Positions 8,130 to 18,129 are shown, counted from the first letter of the stretch. The stretch is DNA of 64,000 bases from Clostridia bacterium (GCA_017520505.1 JAFXFN010000024.1:209-64208), one strand, 5' to 3'. Translations and numbers: made by a program. The notes: generated by a model from the letters alone, not told the origin.

Positions 8130-8497
8130 GATCAATATTTATTCTGCGGGAGGCTCGTCCTCCTGCTTTTATGTTGTAAAATACGGTGCAGAATACATAA
8201 AACAAGGCAAAATCATAGGCGCTTGAATCTGTCGGGTTTTTATCCCGTTTGTGTTTTTTATTCTACAAGCTGCGGGGTTTATTTTCATTTGATTCAACTT
8301 GATGGCGAGCCTCGATTTACGGCATATATTATGCGATTTTAAATTTTTATGAATTTTGGGGAAATACTTGTCTTTTTGTGACTTGTTTGGTATAATGCTC
8401 CTTATGTGAAATCAAGTAACGAAAGAAGATGATCTTTGTGCGTAACCCTTTTGCGGTTTCGTCTATGATACCCGCGCGCTTTGTTCAGGGAGAGCTT

Positions 8498-9838
8498 ATG
8501 AGCGCAAGACAGATGTACGGAGAATTTTTCAAAATTGCCGCACCGTCTGTTGTTGAACTTGTTTTAACGAGTCTTATAGGTATGGTCGACACGCAGATGG
8601 TGTCGGGACTCGGCGATGCCGCCATTGCCTCGGTATCTCTCGTCGTTCAGCCGAGGATGCTCGTTTTGAGCTTATTTATGGCGCTTAACGTGGGCGTTAC
8701 GGCGACACTTGCAAGGCGAAAGGGTGAGGGCAGGCAGGATGCCGCAAGGCATACTCTTCGCTCGGTGCTTTGGATAATGCTTGCCGCATCGGTCGTTGTG
8801 ACCGTAATTGCGGAGCTTATTGCAGAGCCGATGATGATTTTTGCGGGCGCAAACGAGGAAACGCTTGCGCTGTCGTGTACATACTACAAAATATTTATTG
8901 CCGCCACACCGATGCAGGTGCTTTTGCTGGTGCTTGGCGCATCACAGCGAGGCATCGGAAACACGAAGGTCGTGATGATAGTGAATATCGTCGGAAATCT
9001 CGTCAACGTGCTTTTGAACTGGCTGTTTATACACGGCAACTGCGGATTTCCTGCGATGGGTGTTGCAGGTGCGGCGCTTGCCTCGGCGATCGGCGTTTGC
9101 GTGTCAGCAATCGGTCTTCTCATATCGGTGCTTTTGCCGAAGGCTTATTTAAGACTTACTTTACACGGTTCGTGGCTTCCGAATAAGGAAATAATCCGTG
9201 CTGTCACAAAGGTCGGCGGAAATGCTATTATTGAGCAAATGGCAATGCGTATCGGATTTTTCCTTTCCGCCATAATGATAGCGCACCTCGGCACGGGAAC
9301 CGTTGCGGCGCATAACATCTGTATGCAGATGCTTAATCTGACGTGGACGGTGTCAGAGGGGCTTGCCGTTGCCGCAACGAGCCTTGTCGGTCAGAATATG
9401 GGCAAAAACCGCCCCGACCTTTCGATGCTCTACGGCAAAGCCGCACAGAGAATTGCGCTTGTGGCATCCGTTGTATTGGCGGCGGTCACGATCGTGTTCC
9501 GCTATCAGTTCATTTCCTTGTTTACCGCAAAAAGCGATCCTGCGGTCATATCGATGTGCGCATCGATCATGCTGTGGGTGGCATTTTTCCAGCCGTTTCA
9601 GATGGGTGCGGTTGCAGTCATGGGAAGCTTGCGAGGGGCAGGAGATACGAAATTCGTTTCTTATATGACGATGATAACGATAGGCATCGTGCGCCCTGTC
9701 GTATCTGCACTGTGCGTTTACGTGCTCAGTATGAATGTATACGGTATATGGATGGGAATGTATGCCGATATGATAGTCAGAATGTTTATATCATTACACC
9801 GTTTTTCAAAGGGCAAGTGGATGAATATAAAGATTTGA
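8498..9838 (+). CDS. MATE family efflux transporter
   Basis: 12-TM profile. The N-terminus ...FFKIAAPSVVELVLTSLIGMVDTQMVS is typical of MATE. Start taken at the ATG at 8498 after a GGGAGA RBS. Confidence 0.8.
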   Translation: MSARQMYGEFFKIAAPSVVELVLTSLIGMVDTQMVSGLGDAAIASVSLVVQPRMLVLSLFMALNVGVTATLARRKGEGRQDAARHTLRSVLWIMLAASVVVTVIAELIAEPMMIFAGANEETLALSCTYYKIFIAATPMQVLLLVLGASQRGIGNTKVVMIVNIVGNLVNVLLNWLFIHGNCGFPAMGVAGAALASAIGVCVSAIGLLISVLLPKAYLRLTLHGSWLPNKEIIRAVTKVGGNAIIEQMAMRIGFFLSAIMIAHLGTGTVAAHNICMQMLNLTWTVSEGLAVAATSLVGQNMGKNRPDLSMLYGKAAQRIALVASVVLAAVTIVFRYQFISLFTAKSDPAVISMCASIMLWVAFFQPFQMGAVAVMGSLRGAGDTKFVSYMTMITIGIVRPVVSALCVYVLSMNVYGIWMGMYADMIVRMFISLHRFSKGKWMNIKI

Positions 9839-10061
9839 TTTTAAAAAATCCCCGATGCGGTGTGAAGGAATCTATCATATCGGATCACACCGAAATATAT
9901 CAATAAAAAGATAACTACCCGAAATGGAGAAATCAAAGCTCTTTTTCGGGTAGTTTTATTATATTTTATAATATTTTTTATCAATTTCCTATTGACTACG
10001 GTGAGGGTTTGTGATAGAATTGTGGACGCTAATTTTGTAAAGTCGGACGGTTGAAAAAACA

Positions 10062-11195
10062 ATGAACAGCGTTGCCAAGAAAAGAACACGGTGGGAGCAT
10101 TTTAACCACTTTATAAGAAAAAATGCAGTTATGCTTATTGCCCTTACAGCGGCGGCTGTGACGAGCATTATCGTACCTGTTGACAAGGAATATGCAGGGT
10201 ATTTCGATTTCAAGACGTTGACGTGCCTTTTTTGTGTGCTTGCTGTGGTTTGCGCACTTAAAAATATAAACTTCTTTTATATGCTTGCAAGGAAGATAGT
10301 TCAGCTTTTCAAAACTGCAAGAATGAGCGTTTTGGCGCTTGTGTATATCACCTTTATCGGCTCGATGCTTATTGCAAACGATATGGCGCTTCTGACGTTT
10401 TTGCCGCTTGGTTATTTTGTTCTGAGCTCGACCGGCAAGCAGAAATATATGGCGTTTACGTTCATTATGCAGAACATTGCCGCAAATCTCGGCGGAATGC
10501 TGACACCGTTTGGAAATCCTCAGAATTTATATCTTTACACCCACTTTAACATTCCCAATCTTGAATTTATGGCGATAATGGCACCGCCGTTCGTGCTTTC
10601 CGTTTTGTTGATAACGGTGTGCTGTATTGTGTTTGTCAAGTCGGAGCCTTTGAACGTTCCCGATGAAAAGGTCGTTTTAAATCCGAAAAGAACGGTTTTA
10701 TATCTTTTGCTTTTTGCTTTGTCAATAGCCATTGTTTTCAGAGGGATACCTTACCTGATAGGACTTATTGTTATTCCCGCTGTACTGTTTTTTGCTGACA
10801 GAAAAGCACTTGAGGACGTTGACTACGGACTGCTTCTGACGTTTGTATTTTTCTTCATTTTTGCGGGCAATATGGCAAGAGTGTATGCCGTGCGTGAGCT
10901 GTTTTCCGTGCTTCTTGAAAAAAGCACGCTTCTTTTCAGCGTAATATCGTGCCAATGCATAAGCAACGTGCCGTCGGCGATTTTGCTTTCACAGTTCACG
11001 GGAAATTATCAGGATCTTTTGGTCGGTGTAAATATAGGCGGTGTCGGCACGCTCATTTCATCTCTTGCAAGCCTTATTACGTTCCGTGCGTATGCAGAGC
11101 ATAACCCCGGAAAAACAGGACATTATATAGCCTTGTTTTCGGCGTTCAACTTTGCTTTTCTTATCATTCTTACAGCATTTATGCTTATTATATGA
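10062..11195 (+). CDS. Anion permease (ArsB/NhaD / CitMHS-like superfamily)
   Basis: 377-aa polytopic protein with a GNPQNLYLY motif. Substrate unknown. Confidence 0.6.
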   Translation: MNSVAKKRTRWEHFNHFIRKNAVMLIALTAAAVTSIIVPVDKEYAGYFDFKTLTCLFCVLAVVCALKNINFFYMLARKIVQLFKTARMSVLALVYITFIGSMLIANDMALLTFLPLGYFVLSSTGKQKYMAFTFIMQNIAANLGGMLTPFGNPQNLYLYTHFNIPNLEFMAIMAPPFVLSVLLITVCCIVFVKSEPLNVPDEKVVLNPKRTVLYLLLFALSIAIVFRGIPYLIGLIVIPAVLFFADRKALEDVDYGLLLTFVFFFIFAGNMARVYAVRELFSVLLEKSTLLFSVISCQCISNVPSAILLSQFTGNYQDLLVGVNIGGVGTLISSLASLITFRAYAEHNPGKTGHYIALFSAFNFAFLIILTAFMLII

Positions 11196-11199
11196 TCCG

Positions 11200-11223
11200 A
11201 GGCGCACGTAAGTGCGCCTTTTT
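11200..11223 (+). terminator. Rho-independent terminator
   Basis: AGGCGCAC-GTAA-GTGCGCCT followed by TTTT. Confidence 0.75.
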
Positions 11224-11278
11224 GACCTCTATTGACGAAATGAAGCGTTTGTGATAAAATAAAATGCGAGGTGATGAA

Positions 11279-11788
11279 ATGATTAAGGCGAGAGTTTCTT
11301 TAAAATTTTATATTGTTTCGTTTGTTTTACTCGCTTTGGTTGTCTTCGTGTGGTACGGGATATACTTCTTGAACGCCAATGAAATATTGATGGAGGATGG
11401 TGCTCCTATGGACAGCACGACAAAAATGATATTTACCGTGCTTATGAGTTTTATCGCTTTTTCGTGGAGCGTGTCTTCGTTGATTTTAATAAGGCAGATG
11501 CTTTTGAAATACGCCTTTGTTATGAACGGGGATGGAATACACAACACGGTGACGGCAATTCTGATTCTGGCTTTTATCGTTATAGTTCCCGTGAAGCTGA
11601 TACCGTATGATGCGGTGTTATATACGAAAGAGGAAGACGGGATTTTGACAGCGAAGCTTGACAGGACAAAATGCGTTACATCTCCTATATTTAAACCGTT
11701 TATGAGAAGCGAATACCATTTTTTCTCAGGCTTTACGAGTGAAAAACAGGAAAATATAAAAAATACACTTGACAAATATGTAAAATAG
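11279..11788 (+). CDS. Membrane protein (169 aa)
   Basis: Four TM helices. ATG at 11279 after a GAGGTG RBS. Promoter TTGACG-N17-TAAAAT lies upstream. Confidence 0.6.
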   Translation: MIKARVSLKFYIVSFVLLALVVFVWYGIYFLNANEILMEDGAPMDSTTKMIFTVLMSFIAFSWSVSSLILIRQMLLKYAFVMNGDGIHNTVTAILILAFIVIVPVKLIPYDAVLYTKEEDGILTAKLDRTKCVTSPIFKPFMRSEYHFFSGFTSEKQENIKNTLDKYVK

Positions 11789-11801
11789 CGAAGAGGGTTT
11801 T

Positions 11802-12410
11802 ATGGATTTTACGAAAACGTATAACGTCATATTTTTTACGGGGGCGGGAATAAGTGCCGAATCGGGAATCCCCACCTTTCAGTCACAGCCCGGAATAAGA
11901 GCGAAATTACATAGGTCGTTTGCAAACGAGCATCCCGAGGAATTCAGAAATACCGTGGGGCAAATGGTGGAAAGCTGTGAAAAAGCAAAACCGAATGCGG
12001 CGCATATTGCGATTGCTGAGCTTGGCTGTCCCGTTATCACGATGAACGTTGACGGACTTCACACGAAAGCAGGCAGTAAAGACGTAATTGAAATTCACGG
12101 GGTTCTTCCGACGAAAGAACAATTAAATGAGAAAAATTTTCCTTTTGAATACAGAGGGATAGTTCTGTACGATGACGTAGCGCCGAGATATAAGGATGCG
12201 ACGGAGCTTGTCGAATGTCTTGAGCTTGATAATTCGGTTTTTGTTATCGTCGGGGTGTCATTTTACACCGAGATAAGCAAGATGCTTCATCTGGCGGCGA
12301 AAATTGCGGGCGCTGAGATCATTATTATCAACGACAATGCATCCGTCAAAGTACCTGCGCTTTGCAAGGAATTGAAAAAGCGGTTTTCCTGCTTTGACGG
12401 TGATAAATAA
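11802..12410 (+). CDS. Sir2-family NAD-dependent deacylase-like protein, short form (202 aa)
   Basis: GAGISAESGIPTF, TMNVDGLH and EIHG motifs. No CxxC...CxxC zinc module. Confidence 0.7.
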   Translation: MDFTKTYNVIFFTGAGISAESGIPTFQSQPGIRAKLHRSFANEHPEEFRNTVGQMVESCEKAKPNAAHIAIAELGCPVITMNVDGLHTKAGSKDVIEIHGVLPTKEQLNEKNFPFEYRGIVLYDDVAPRYKDATELVECLELDNSVFVIVGVSFYTEISKMLHLAAKIAGAEIIIINDNASVKVPALCKELKKRFSCFDGDK

Positions 12411-12427
12411 ATTTAAGGAGCGAGAAT

Positions 12428-13489
12428 ATGAAAAAAATATTTTTTATCGTTTTATGTATCCTGACGGCACTCTGCGCCGTTTCCTGCGGTGAAACCGATA
12501 CCGCAAAGAATGAAAACAGAGCTTGCACGGTGTGCGGCTTGCTCGGTGCGGGGGACGGACTTGTGTTTGAATCGGGCGGTAACGGCGAATGCTCGGTGTC
12601 GGGACTTGGCACGTGCGCTGACGCAGAGTTTACTATACCTACTTTCTCGCCAAGCGGTGACAAGGTCACCTCGATTGCCCCTCGTGCGTTTTACAACTGC
12701 ACGTCGCTTGTGAGCGTTCATATACCCGATACGGTCGCAAGCATCGGCGATGGCGCATTTACAGACTGTAAAAATCTGAAGAGTATAACCGTTCACGATA
12801 CGGTTACGAGTATCGGAAAAGAGGTTTTTCTCGGCTGCTCCGAGCTTCTTGATGTCACCCTTCCGAACACCACCGCATCAGTCGGCGAAGGTATGTTTTC
12901 GGGCTGTATCAAGCTTGAAACGGTGAGCTTGCCGAGCAGTGTGACGGCTATTGAAAAAAATGCATTTTCGTCGTGCGAGAGTCTTTGTGGCATCACGCTT
13001 CCCGAAAATTTGAAAAGCATCGGAGAAAATGCTTTCAGCGCTTGCTTGTCACTTCGTGACGTTAAGATTCCCGATACTGTTACGGAGCTCGGCGACGGAG
13101 CTTTTGCTGAATGTGCAAGCCTTGAAAGCGTTAAGTTATCCGCAAGCATAACGAAGATAGGCGGATATGCGTTTAAAAACTGTAAGGCACTTAAAAAAGC
13201 CGATATTCCGAGTTGTGTTACGGAAATCGGCACGGAGGCGTTTTGGGACTGTATATCTTACGAAAGGATCGTTATTCCCGCAAGCGTTAAGATAATTGAA
13301 AAAAACGCATTCAGAAACTGCGGTGAATGTGACGGAACGGCGAGATTTGAAAAAACGGACGGTTGGATGTGCTTTGATTCATCGGATGTTGTCATAGATC
13401 CCCTTGACCTTTCCGATAAAAGGCAAAATGCAATTTTTATCACGTTTTTGTATAATGACTTCACGTGGAAAAGCTCCTACTTTATGTAA
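12428..13489 (+). CDS. BspA-type leucine-rich-repeat lipoprotein
   Basis: Lipobox LCAVSCG. Repeated ~23-aa units (IPxxVTxIGxxAFxxCxxL). Confidence 0.75.
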   Translation: MKKIFFIVLCILTALCAVSCGETDTAKNENRACTVCGLLGAGDGLVFESGGNGECSVSGLGTCADAEFTIPTFSPSGDKVTSIAPRAFYNCTSLVSVHIPDTVASIGDGAFTDCKNLKSITVHDTVTSIGKEVFLGCSELLDVTLPNTTASVGEGMFSGCIKLETVSLPSSVTAIEKNAFSSCESLCGITLPENLKSIGENAFSACLSLRDVKIPDTVTELGDGAFAECASLESVKLSASITKIGGYAFKNCKALKKADIPSCVTEIGTEAFWDCISYERIVIPASVKIIEKNAFRNCGECDGTARFEKTDGWMCFDSSDVVIDPLDLSDKRQNAIFITFLYNDFTWKSSYFM

Positions 13490-13576
13490 GGCGGGTTTTC
13501 CTTACAGAGAAAATCGGAGGATAGTGAAGCGTAAATTTATATATTTTGATTTCAGCGCATCGATAAATATGTAATA

Positions 13577-13786
13577 TCAGTTTTCATCATCGGAAAGCCC
13601 GATGAGATAATCTGCACTAACACCGTAAAAACGGCACAGACGTATAAGGTCATCGATTTTCAGTTCGGCTCTGCCTTCTTCTATATGGCTGTAGCCCTGC
13701 TGGGATTTGTTGATTACTTCGCCGAGCTGTCTTTGAGTTAAATTGCGGTCTTCTCTTAAATTTCTCATTCTGGTGCGGTAATTCAT
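13577..13786 (-). CDS. XRE-family HTH transcriptional regulator (69 aa)
   Basis: LTQRQLGEVINKSQQGYSHIEEGRAELKIDDLIRLCRFYGVSADYLIG is a classic Cro/CI-type HTH. Confidence 0.85.
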   Translation of the reverse strand: MNYRTRMRNLREDRNLTQRQLGEVINKSQQGYSHIEEGRAELKIDDLIRLCRFYGVSADYLIGLSDDEN

Positions 13787-13826
13787 AGCTGACCTCCACG
13801 ATACTTTTGTTTTAAAAAGTTTAGCA

Positions 13827-13872
13827 TACTCTCAAATTGAGTATTGACAAATACTCAAAAATTGAGTATAAT
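13827..13872 (+). promoter_or_regulatory. Promoter (TTGACA 13844-13849, TATAAT 13867-13872) overlapped by two TACTC-N7-GAGTA palindromes
   Basis: Palindromes at 13827-13843 and 13852-13868 bracket the -35 and overlap the -10. They lie in the divergent region next to the XRE gene. Confidence 0.7.
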
Positions 13873-13928
13873 AAGAGAAAAAGAGCCCTATACATATAAA
13901 ATACAGATAAAAATAAAGGAGAATTAAT

Positions 13929-14495
13929 ATGCAAAATCAATCACTTACAGATTATTCACTTGAACGTATGACACTTGAAAAAAGATATAACAATTCAAGA
14001 AACAATTTGCTTTTTGTCGTTATATTTTCGGTGATAAATATCGTTCTTTTGACTTGGAACAGCTTTACTTATTTTCTTTTCTCGGCATCAGTTCCTTATA
14101 TGCTGGCTGACCTCGGAAAATTTCTTTGCGGAAAGTATCCTTTGACATATTACGATGGGATCGAAGTGGATGAATTTTTGCCCGAAGCGGTGTATTGGGT
14201 GATGCTTGCCATCGCTGCTGTTATCATCGTTATGTACCTTCTGGCATATCTCTTTTCGAAAAAGAACAGAGTCGGATGGCTTATTTTCGCCCTTATCTTC
14301 TTTGTGCTTGACACTGTGACGATGTTTTTGTATTTCGGAATAAGTGCGGATATGATAATGGATATCGTGTTCCACATCTGGGTGCTTGTCAGCCTCGGAC
14401 TTGGTATTCACGCACACTTTAAGCTCAAAAAGCTTCCGTGTGATTCTGAATTCGAGACATATGAAGCTGTGCAGAACAGCCCTACAGAGCTTTAA
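13929..14495 (+). CDS. Membrane protein (188 aa)
   Basis: Four or five TM helices. Divergent from the XRE regulator. Confidence 0.65.
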   Translation: MQNQSLTDYSLERMTLEKRYNNSRNNLLFVVIFSVINIVLLTWNSFTYFLFSASVPYMLADLGKFLCGKYPLTYYDGIEVDEFLPEAVYWVMLAIAAVIIVMYLLAYLFSKKNRVGWLIFALIFFVLDTVTMFLYFGISADMIMDIVFHIWVLVSLGLGIHAHFKLKKLPCDSEFETYEAVQNSPTEL

Positions 14496-14594
14496 AATTT
14501 ATTTGACCGCTGACGGATTTCCGTCGGCGGTCAATGCTATTGACAAGGTATTGCTTTTTGTGATAAAATGACAGCGGTGTAAGGAGTGAGCGAA

Positions 14595-15113
14595 ATGGAA
14601 AAACAAACGAAGAATATTATTACGAAAAAGATGATAGAGTCTAAGCTTGATTTTTTGACAAAGGCTGATATTCGTGCATCCATCCTTCTTTATTTTCTGA
14701 CATTTGTTGTTAGTTTTCTTGGTTTCGGTATTATTTTTGGGGGTGCTTATGCGATGTGGGGGCACGCAGAGGGGATCGTCCTCGGTATTATCGGTGTTGT
14801 TGCTTTAATTTTGCTGATAGGCTATTTTATAAAAGACGTGTACGGTATAATTTCAAGCAGACGAAGCTTTAAAAGGGGAGAATTTGAGGTAAGCGTTGAG
14901 GCGCTGTCGTATAAAGCCGAGGAATCGGAGGGGCACGGCCGTTCTTTGCGATTGGTCAGATATTTCTACTTTCCGAGCTTTTCAAAGACTGCGGTTGGTA
15001 ACACCGAATTTCAGCTTGCATCAAACGGCGATGAATTCTATATCGTTCATTACAAAGGAGAAGACCGGGCGGTGCTGCTTTATTCGCTGAAACGGTATGA
15101 ATATAAGGAATAA
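14595..15113 (+). CDS. Membrane protein (172 aa)
   Basis: ATG at 14595 after an AAGGAG RBS. Own promoter TTGACA-N17-TAAAAT. Two TM helices plus a soluble C-terminal domain. Confidence 0.65.
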   Translation: MEKQTKNIITKKMIESKLDFLTKADIRASILLYFLTFVVSFLGFGIIFGGAYAMWGHAEGIVLGIIGVVALILLIGYFIKDVYGIISSRRSFKRGEFEVSVEALSYKAEESEGHGRSLRLVRYFYFPSFSKTAVGNTEFQLASNGDEFYIVHYKGEDRAVLLYSLKRYEYKE

Positions 15114-15202
15114 TAAGTAGAAAAATGTTGACATTTTAGACAAAGTGTGATAAAATGTGTCACGAATTAATTTTAGCGATAACTTATGCGGAGGTTTATG
15201 TA

Positions 15203-15853
15203 ATGTACAATAATAATGGTAATGACAGCTCACTTTCGTTCTTGTATTCGTGGCCTGTAATTATAATAGCTCTGTTTTTCTTCTGGCCGATAGGCTTTGT
15301 TTTGCTTATCAAGCGTTTTTCAACTGATAAGACTGCGGTTATGAGCTCGTCGTCTGCTGTTTTGAAGGTGTTCGGCATTATTATGGTTGTGTTTGGTGCT
15401 GTAGGACTTGCGGCAAATATTGAAAACATTGATGCTATGACGTGTGTTATGGTGGCGTTCTTTGTCGGCGGCGGCGTTATGTTGCTGAGAAAGGCAAGTA
15501 AAATCAAAAGAGAAGGAAAAGAGATAAGAAAATACATTTCTATCATCGTCAACCATAATGTAAGAGAGATAGACAGTATAGCGAAAGCCATGGGCAAGAC
15601 GTACGAAAAGACGAATGCTGATATTCAGAAGATGATCGACAAGGGCTTTTTGAAGAATGCTTATATAGATGAGCAGATAAAGCAGATCGTGCTTGCTTCT
15701 GACAACTATGCAAACAACGCAATAAATCAGGCACAGGCACAGGCGAGGGCAGATCTTCGCCCCCGTGTTGTTACGTGCAAGTGCTGCGGCGCTAAAAATA
15801 CGATAGTTGGCGCCGTCGGACAGTGTGAATACTGCGATTCGCCCATACAGTAA
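15203..15853 (+). CDS. Membrane protein with a C-terminal zinc ribbon (216 aa)
   Basis: ATG at 15203 after a GCGGAGG RBS. Three TM helices. C-terminal CKCCG...CEYC. Confidence 0.65.
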   Translation: MYNNNGNDSSLSFLYSWPVIIIALFFFWPIGFVLLIKRFSTDKTAVMSSSSAVLKVFGIIMVVFGAVGLAANIENIDAMTCVMVAFFVGGGVMLLRKASKIKREGKEIRKYISIIVNHNVREIDSIAKAMGKTYEKTNADIQKMIDKGFLKNAYIDEQIKQIVLASDNYANNAINQAQAQARADLRPRVVTCKCCGAKNTIVGAVGQCEYCDSPIQ

Positions 15854-16011
15854 TACACAGCGTTAATGATTTTAATAAGGGATGAAGTTCTTACTTTGAG
15901 TTTCATCCCTTAATATCTTGTGTGATAAATATATTATTTTGCTTTACATATAATACAATGTAAGTATATCTTTATATAAATTATTTCATTGCTTTATTGC
16001 CGGAGGGGGTT

Positions 16012-16785
16012 ATGAAGGAATTTTTCGGCTTTGGTGGATATCAAAGACAGCCTGAGGGCTTTTTATCGTGGCAGCATCTTACGTTCGTATCATCGCTTAT
16101 GGTCGTAATGATCGTGTGTGCTGTTGTTTTGGGAATCAAAAATAAGAATAAAAGCTATGATGAGAAAAACCGTGTGCTTATATGGAGTGCCGTTTTGATC
16201 GATGCTTTTGAAATATTTAAGATAATTATGCTTTGCATAATATCGGAAAATGCTATGCGCTGGACGTATGAGCTTCCGCTGTTTTTGTGCAGTATTTTGC
16301 TTATCGCAATGCCGATTGCGGCTTTTTCAAAGGGACGGCTTCGTGAAGCATCGGTCGATTTCGTGCTCATTTTCGGTGTTTTGGGTGCAGTTTTGGGAAC
16401 ATACGGTGCGGGAAACAATTATTCGTGCTATCCTGTGTTGAGCTTTGATAACGTAATATCGGGCATAACACACACGCTTTCGGGCTTTGCATCTCTGTAC
16501 ATAGGTATTTCGGGTATGGCTTCGATGAAAAAGAAAAACATTCCGATAACCTTTGCTGTTTTGCTCGGCTTTGCCGGCTGTGCGGCTGTTGCCAATAAGA
16601 TAATTGATTACAACTATATGTTTTTGAGGCGTGGCGACGGCACGCCGTACGAATTGCTTTATTCGCTTGTCGGCGGCAATGCGGTGCTTTACCCCATTTG
16701 CGTTATAGGGCTGTTCCTTATATACATACTTGCATTTTACGGTATTAACCATTTAATAAAAAGAGCGAAAAATAAAAATAAATAA
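16012..16785 (+). CDS. Integral membrane protein (YwaF/TIGR02206-like)
   Basis: Seven-TM profile. ATG at 16012 after a GGAGGGGG RBS. The family call is tentative. Confidence 0.5.
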   Translation: MKEFFGFGGYQRQPEGFLSWQHLTFVSSLMVVMIVCAVVLGIKNKNKSYDEKNRVLIWSAVLIDAFEIFKIIMLCIISENAMRWTYELPLFLCSILLIAMPIAAFSKGRLREASVDFVLIFGVLGAVLGTYGAGNNYSCYPVLSFDNVISGITHTLSGFASLYIGISGMASMKKKNIPITFAVLLGFAGCAAVANKIIDYNYMFLRRGDGTPYELLYSLVGGNAVLYPICVIGLFLIYILAFYGINHLIKRAKNKNK

Positions 16786-16867
16786 GCAAAAATGAGTTCG
16801 AAGCGGGTCGTGTAGTTCGTGGTGAGCCGCAAACCTTACAGTGTACGCTTTGGCGAAAGAGGATAAA

Positions 16868-17488
16868 ATGAGCGATTTTACGTATGAAAATGTAGATAAA
16901 GTAACACCGCTTGAAACATACGAGTGGGATAACGTGTGGATTCAGAGAACGGACGATAAAAAATCGCCCCGTGTGCTGTACATCGGAGATTCCATATCGT
17001 GTGCTTTGCGTGTGTTCGGTAACGGTGTGACAAAGGAAGAAATTTTGATTGACAGCTTCGGCACGTCGAAGGCGATCGATAATCCGTATTATTGGGATGC
17101 TTTGCGCTTGTTCAGCCTGCAGGAGGGACACCGTGACGTCGTTTTGTTCAATAACGGACTTCACGGATGGCATCTTGATGACGAAAATGATTATCCTGCT
17201 TATTACGAGCAAATGCTATGCAAGATCCTTGACGAATTCAAGGGCTCAAAGATTGTCATTGTGCTGACTACTGCCGTTGCAAAGGAAGAAAGACACAGAC
17301 GTGTAAAGGTGAGAAACGGTGCTGTTAAAAAGATTGCGGAAAAATATAGCCTTGACGTTATCGACCTTTATACCGTATCTGAGGAAAACATGAACCTTTT
17401 GGGAGATGACGGCGTTCATTTCAACGCTGACGGCTACACGTGTCTTTCGGAGTATCTTGTTAAAGAAATCAAACGTATATTAAAATAA
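16868..17488 (+). CDS. SGNH/GDSL hydrolase
   Basis: GDSIS block I and DGVHFN block V. Confidence 0.7.
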   Translation: MSDFTYENVDKVTPLETYEWDNVWIQRTDDKKSPRVLYIGDSISCALRVFGNGVTKEEILIDSFGTSKAIDNPYYWDALRLFSLQEGHRDVVLFNNGLHGWHLDDENDYPAYYEQMLCKILDEFKGSKIVIVLTTAVAKEERHRRVKVRNGAVKKIAEKYSLDVIDLYTVSEENMNLLGDDGVHFNADGYTCLSEYLVKEIKRILK

Positions 17489-17508
17489 TTTTCAAAGGAG
17501 ATAAAAAA

Positions 17509-18042
17509 ATGAAAATTCTTTTTGTGGGAAACAGCCATACGTATAACTACGAAGTACCTTACCGTGTTATGCAGGTTGCAAAAAAAGACGGTGTTGAGGT
17601 TGAAGCGTTTATGAACGCACACGGCGGCTGGACACTTTTTGGTCACTCAAAGGAGCCTGACGTGCCTTTCAATATTATGAACGGCAAATTTGACTACGTT
17701 GTTTTCCAGGAGCACGCACATCCGTTTGACCACGACGGCAATATGACGGCGGCTTGCGAGAAAATGGCGAAGATGTGCCACGACGTCGGCTCGGTACCTG
17801 TATACTTTATGGTATGGCCTCAGAAGTGGGAAAGAGAAAGACAGCCTATCTACACAGAGGGAACGAACCGTGTCGCAGAGCTTACGGGCGGTCTTGTAGC
17901 GCCTGTCGGCGTGAAGCTTTGGGAAGCGATCGACGCAAATCCCGACGTTGAGTATTTTTCTCCCGACGGCGGACACCTCTCAGCAGAGGGTGCAGACCTT
18001 GCCGCAGAGATAATCTGGAATACGATAAAGGGCAATAAATAA
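17509..18042 (+). CDS. SGNH-like hydrolase
   Basis: FVGNSHT block I and DGGHLS block V. Confidence 0.6.
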   Translation: MKILFVGNSHTYNYEVPYRVMQVAKKDGVEVEAFMNAHGGWTLFGHSKEPDVPFNIMNGKFDYVVFQEHAHPFDHDGNMTAACEKMAKMCHDVGSVPVYFMVWPQKWERERQPIYTEGTNRVAELTGGLVAPVGVKLWEAIDANPDVEYFSPDGGHLSAEGADLAAEIIWNTIKGNK

Positions 18043-18063
18043 TTGTATGAATTATGCGGGCGT

Positions 18064-18129
18064 GTAGTTCGCTGTACAGCGAACTACTTTGCTCGTTCGT
18101 ATGAAATGAACAAAAAACATATTTCCGCT
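18064..18129. repeat. REP-like hairpins: GTAGTTCG-CTGTACAG-CGAACTAC (18064-18087) and CATATTTCC-GCTA-GGAAATATG (18108-18129)
   Basis: Perfect stems. Both families recur elsewhere in the window. Confidence 0.7.
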
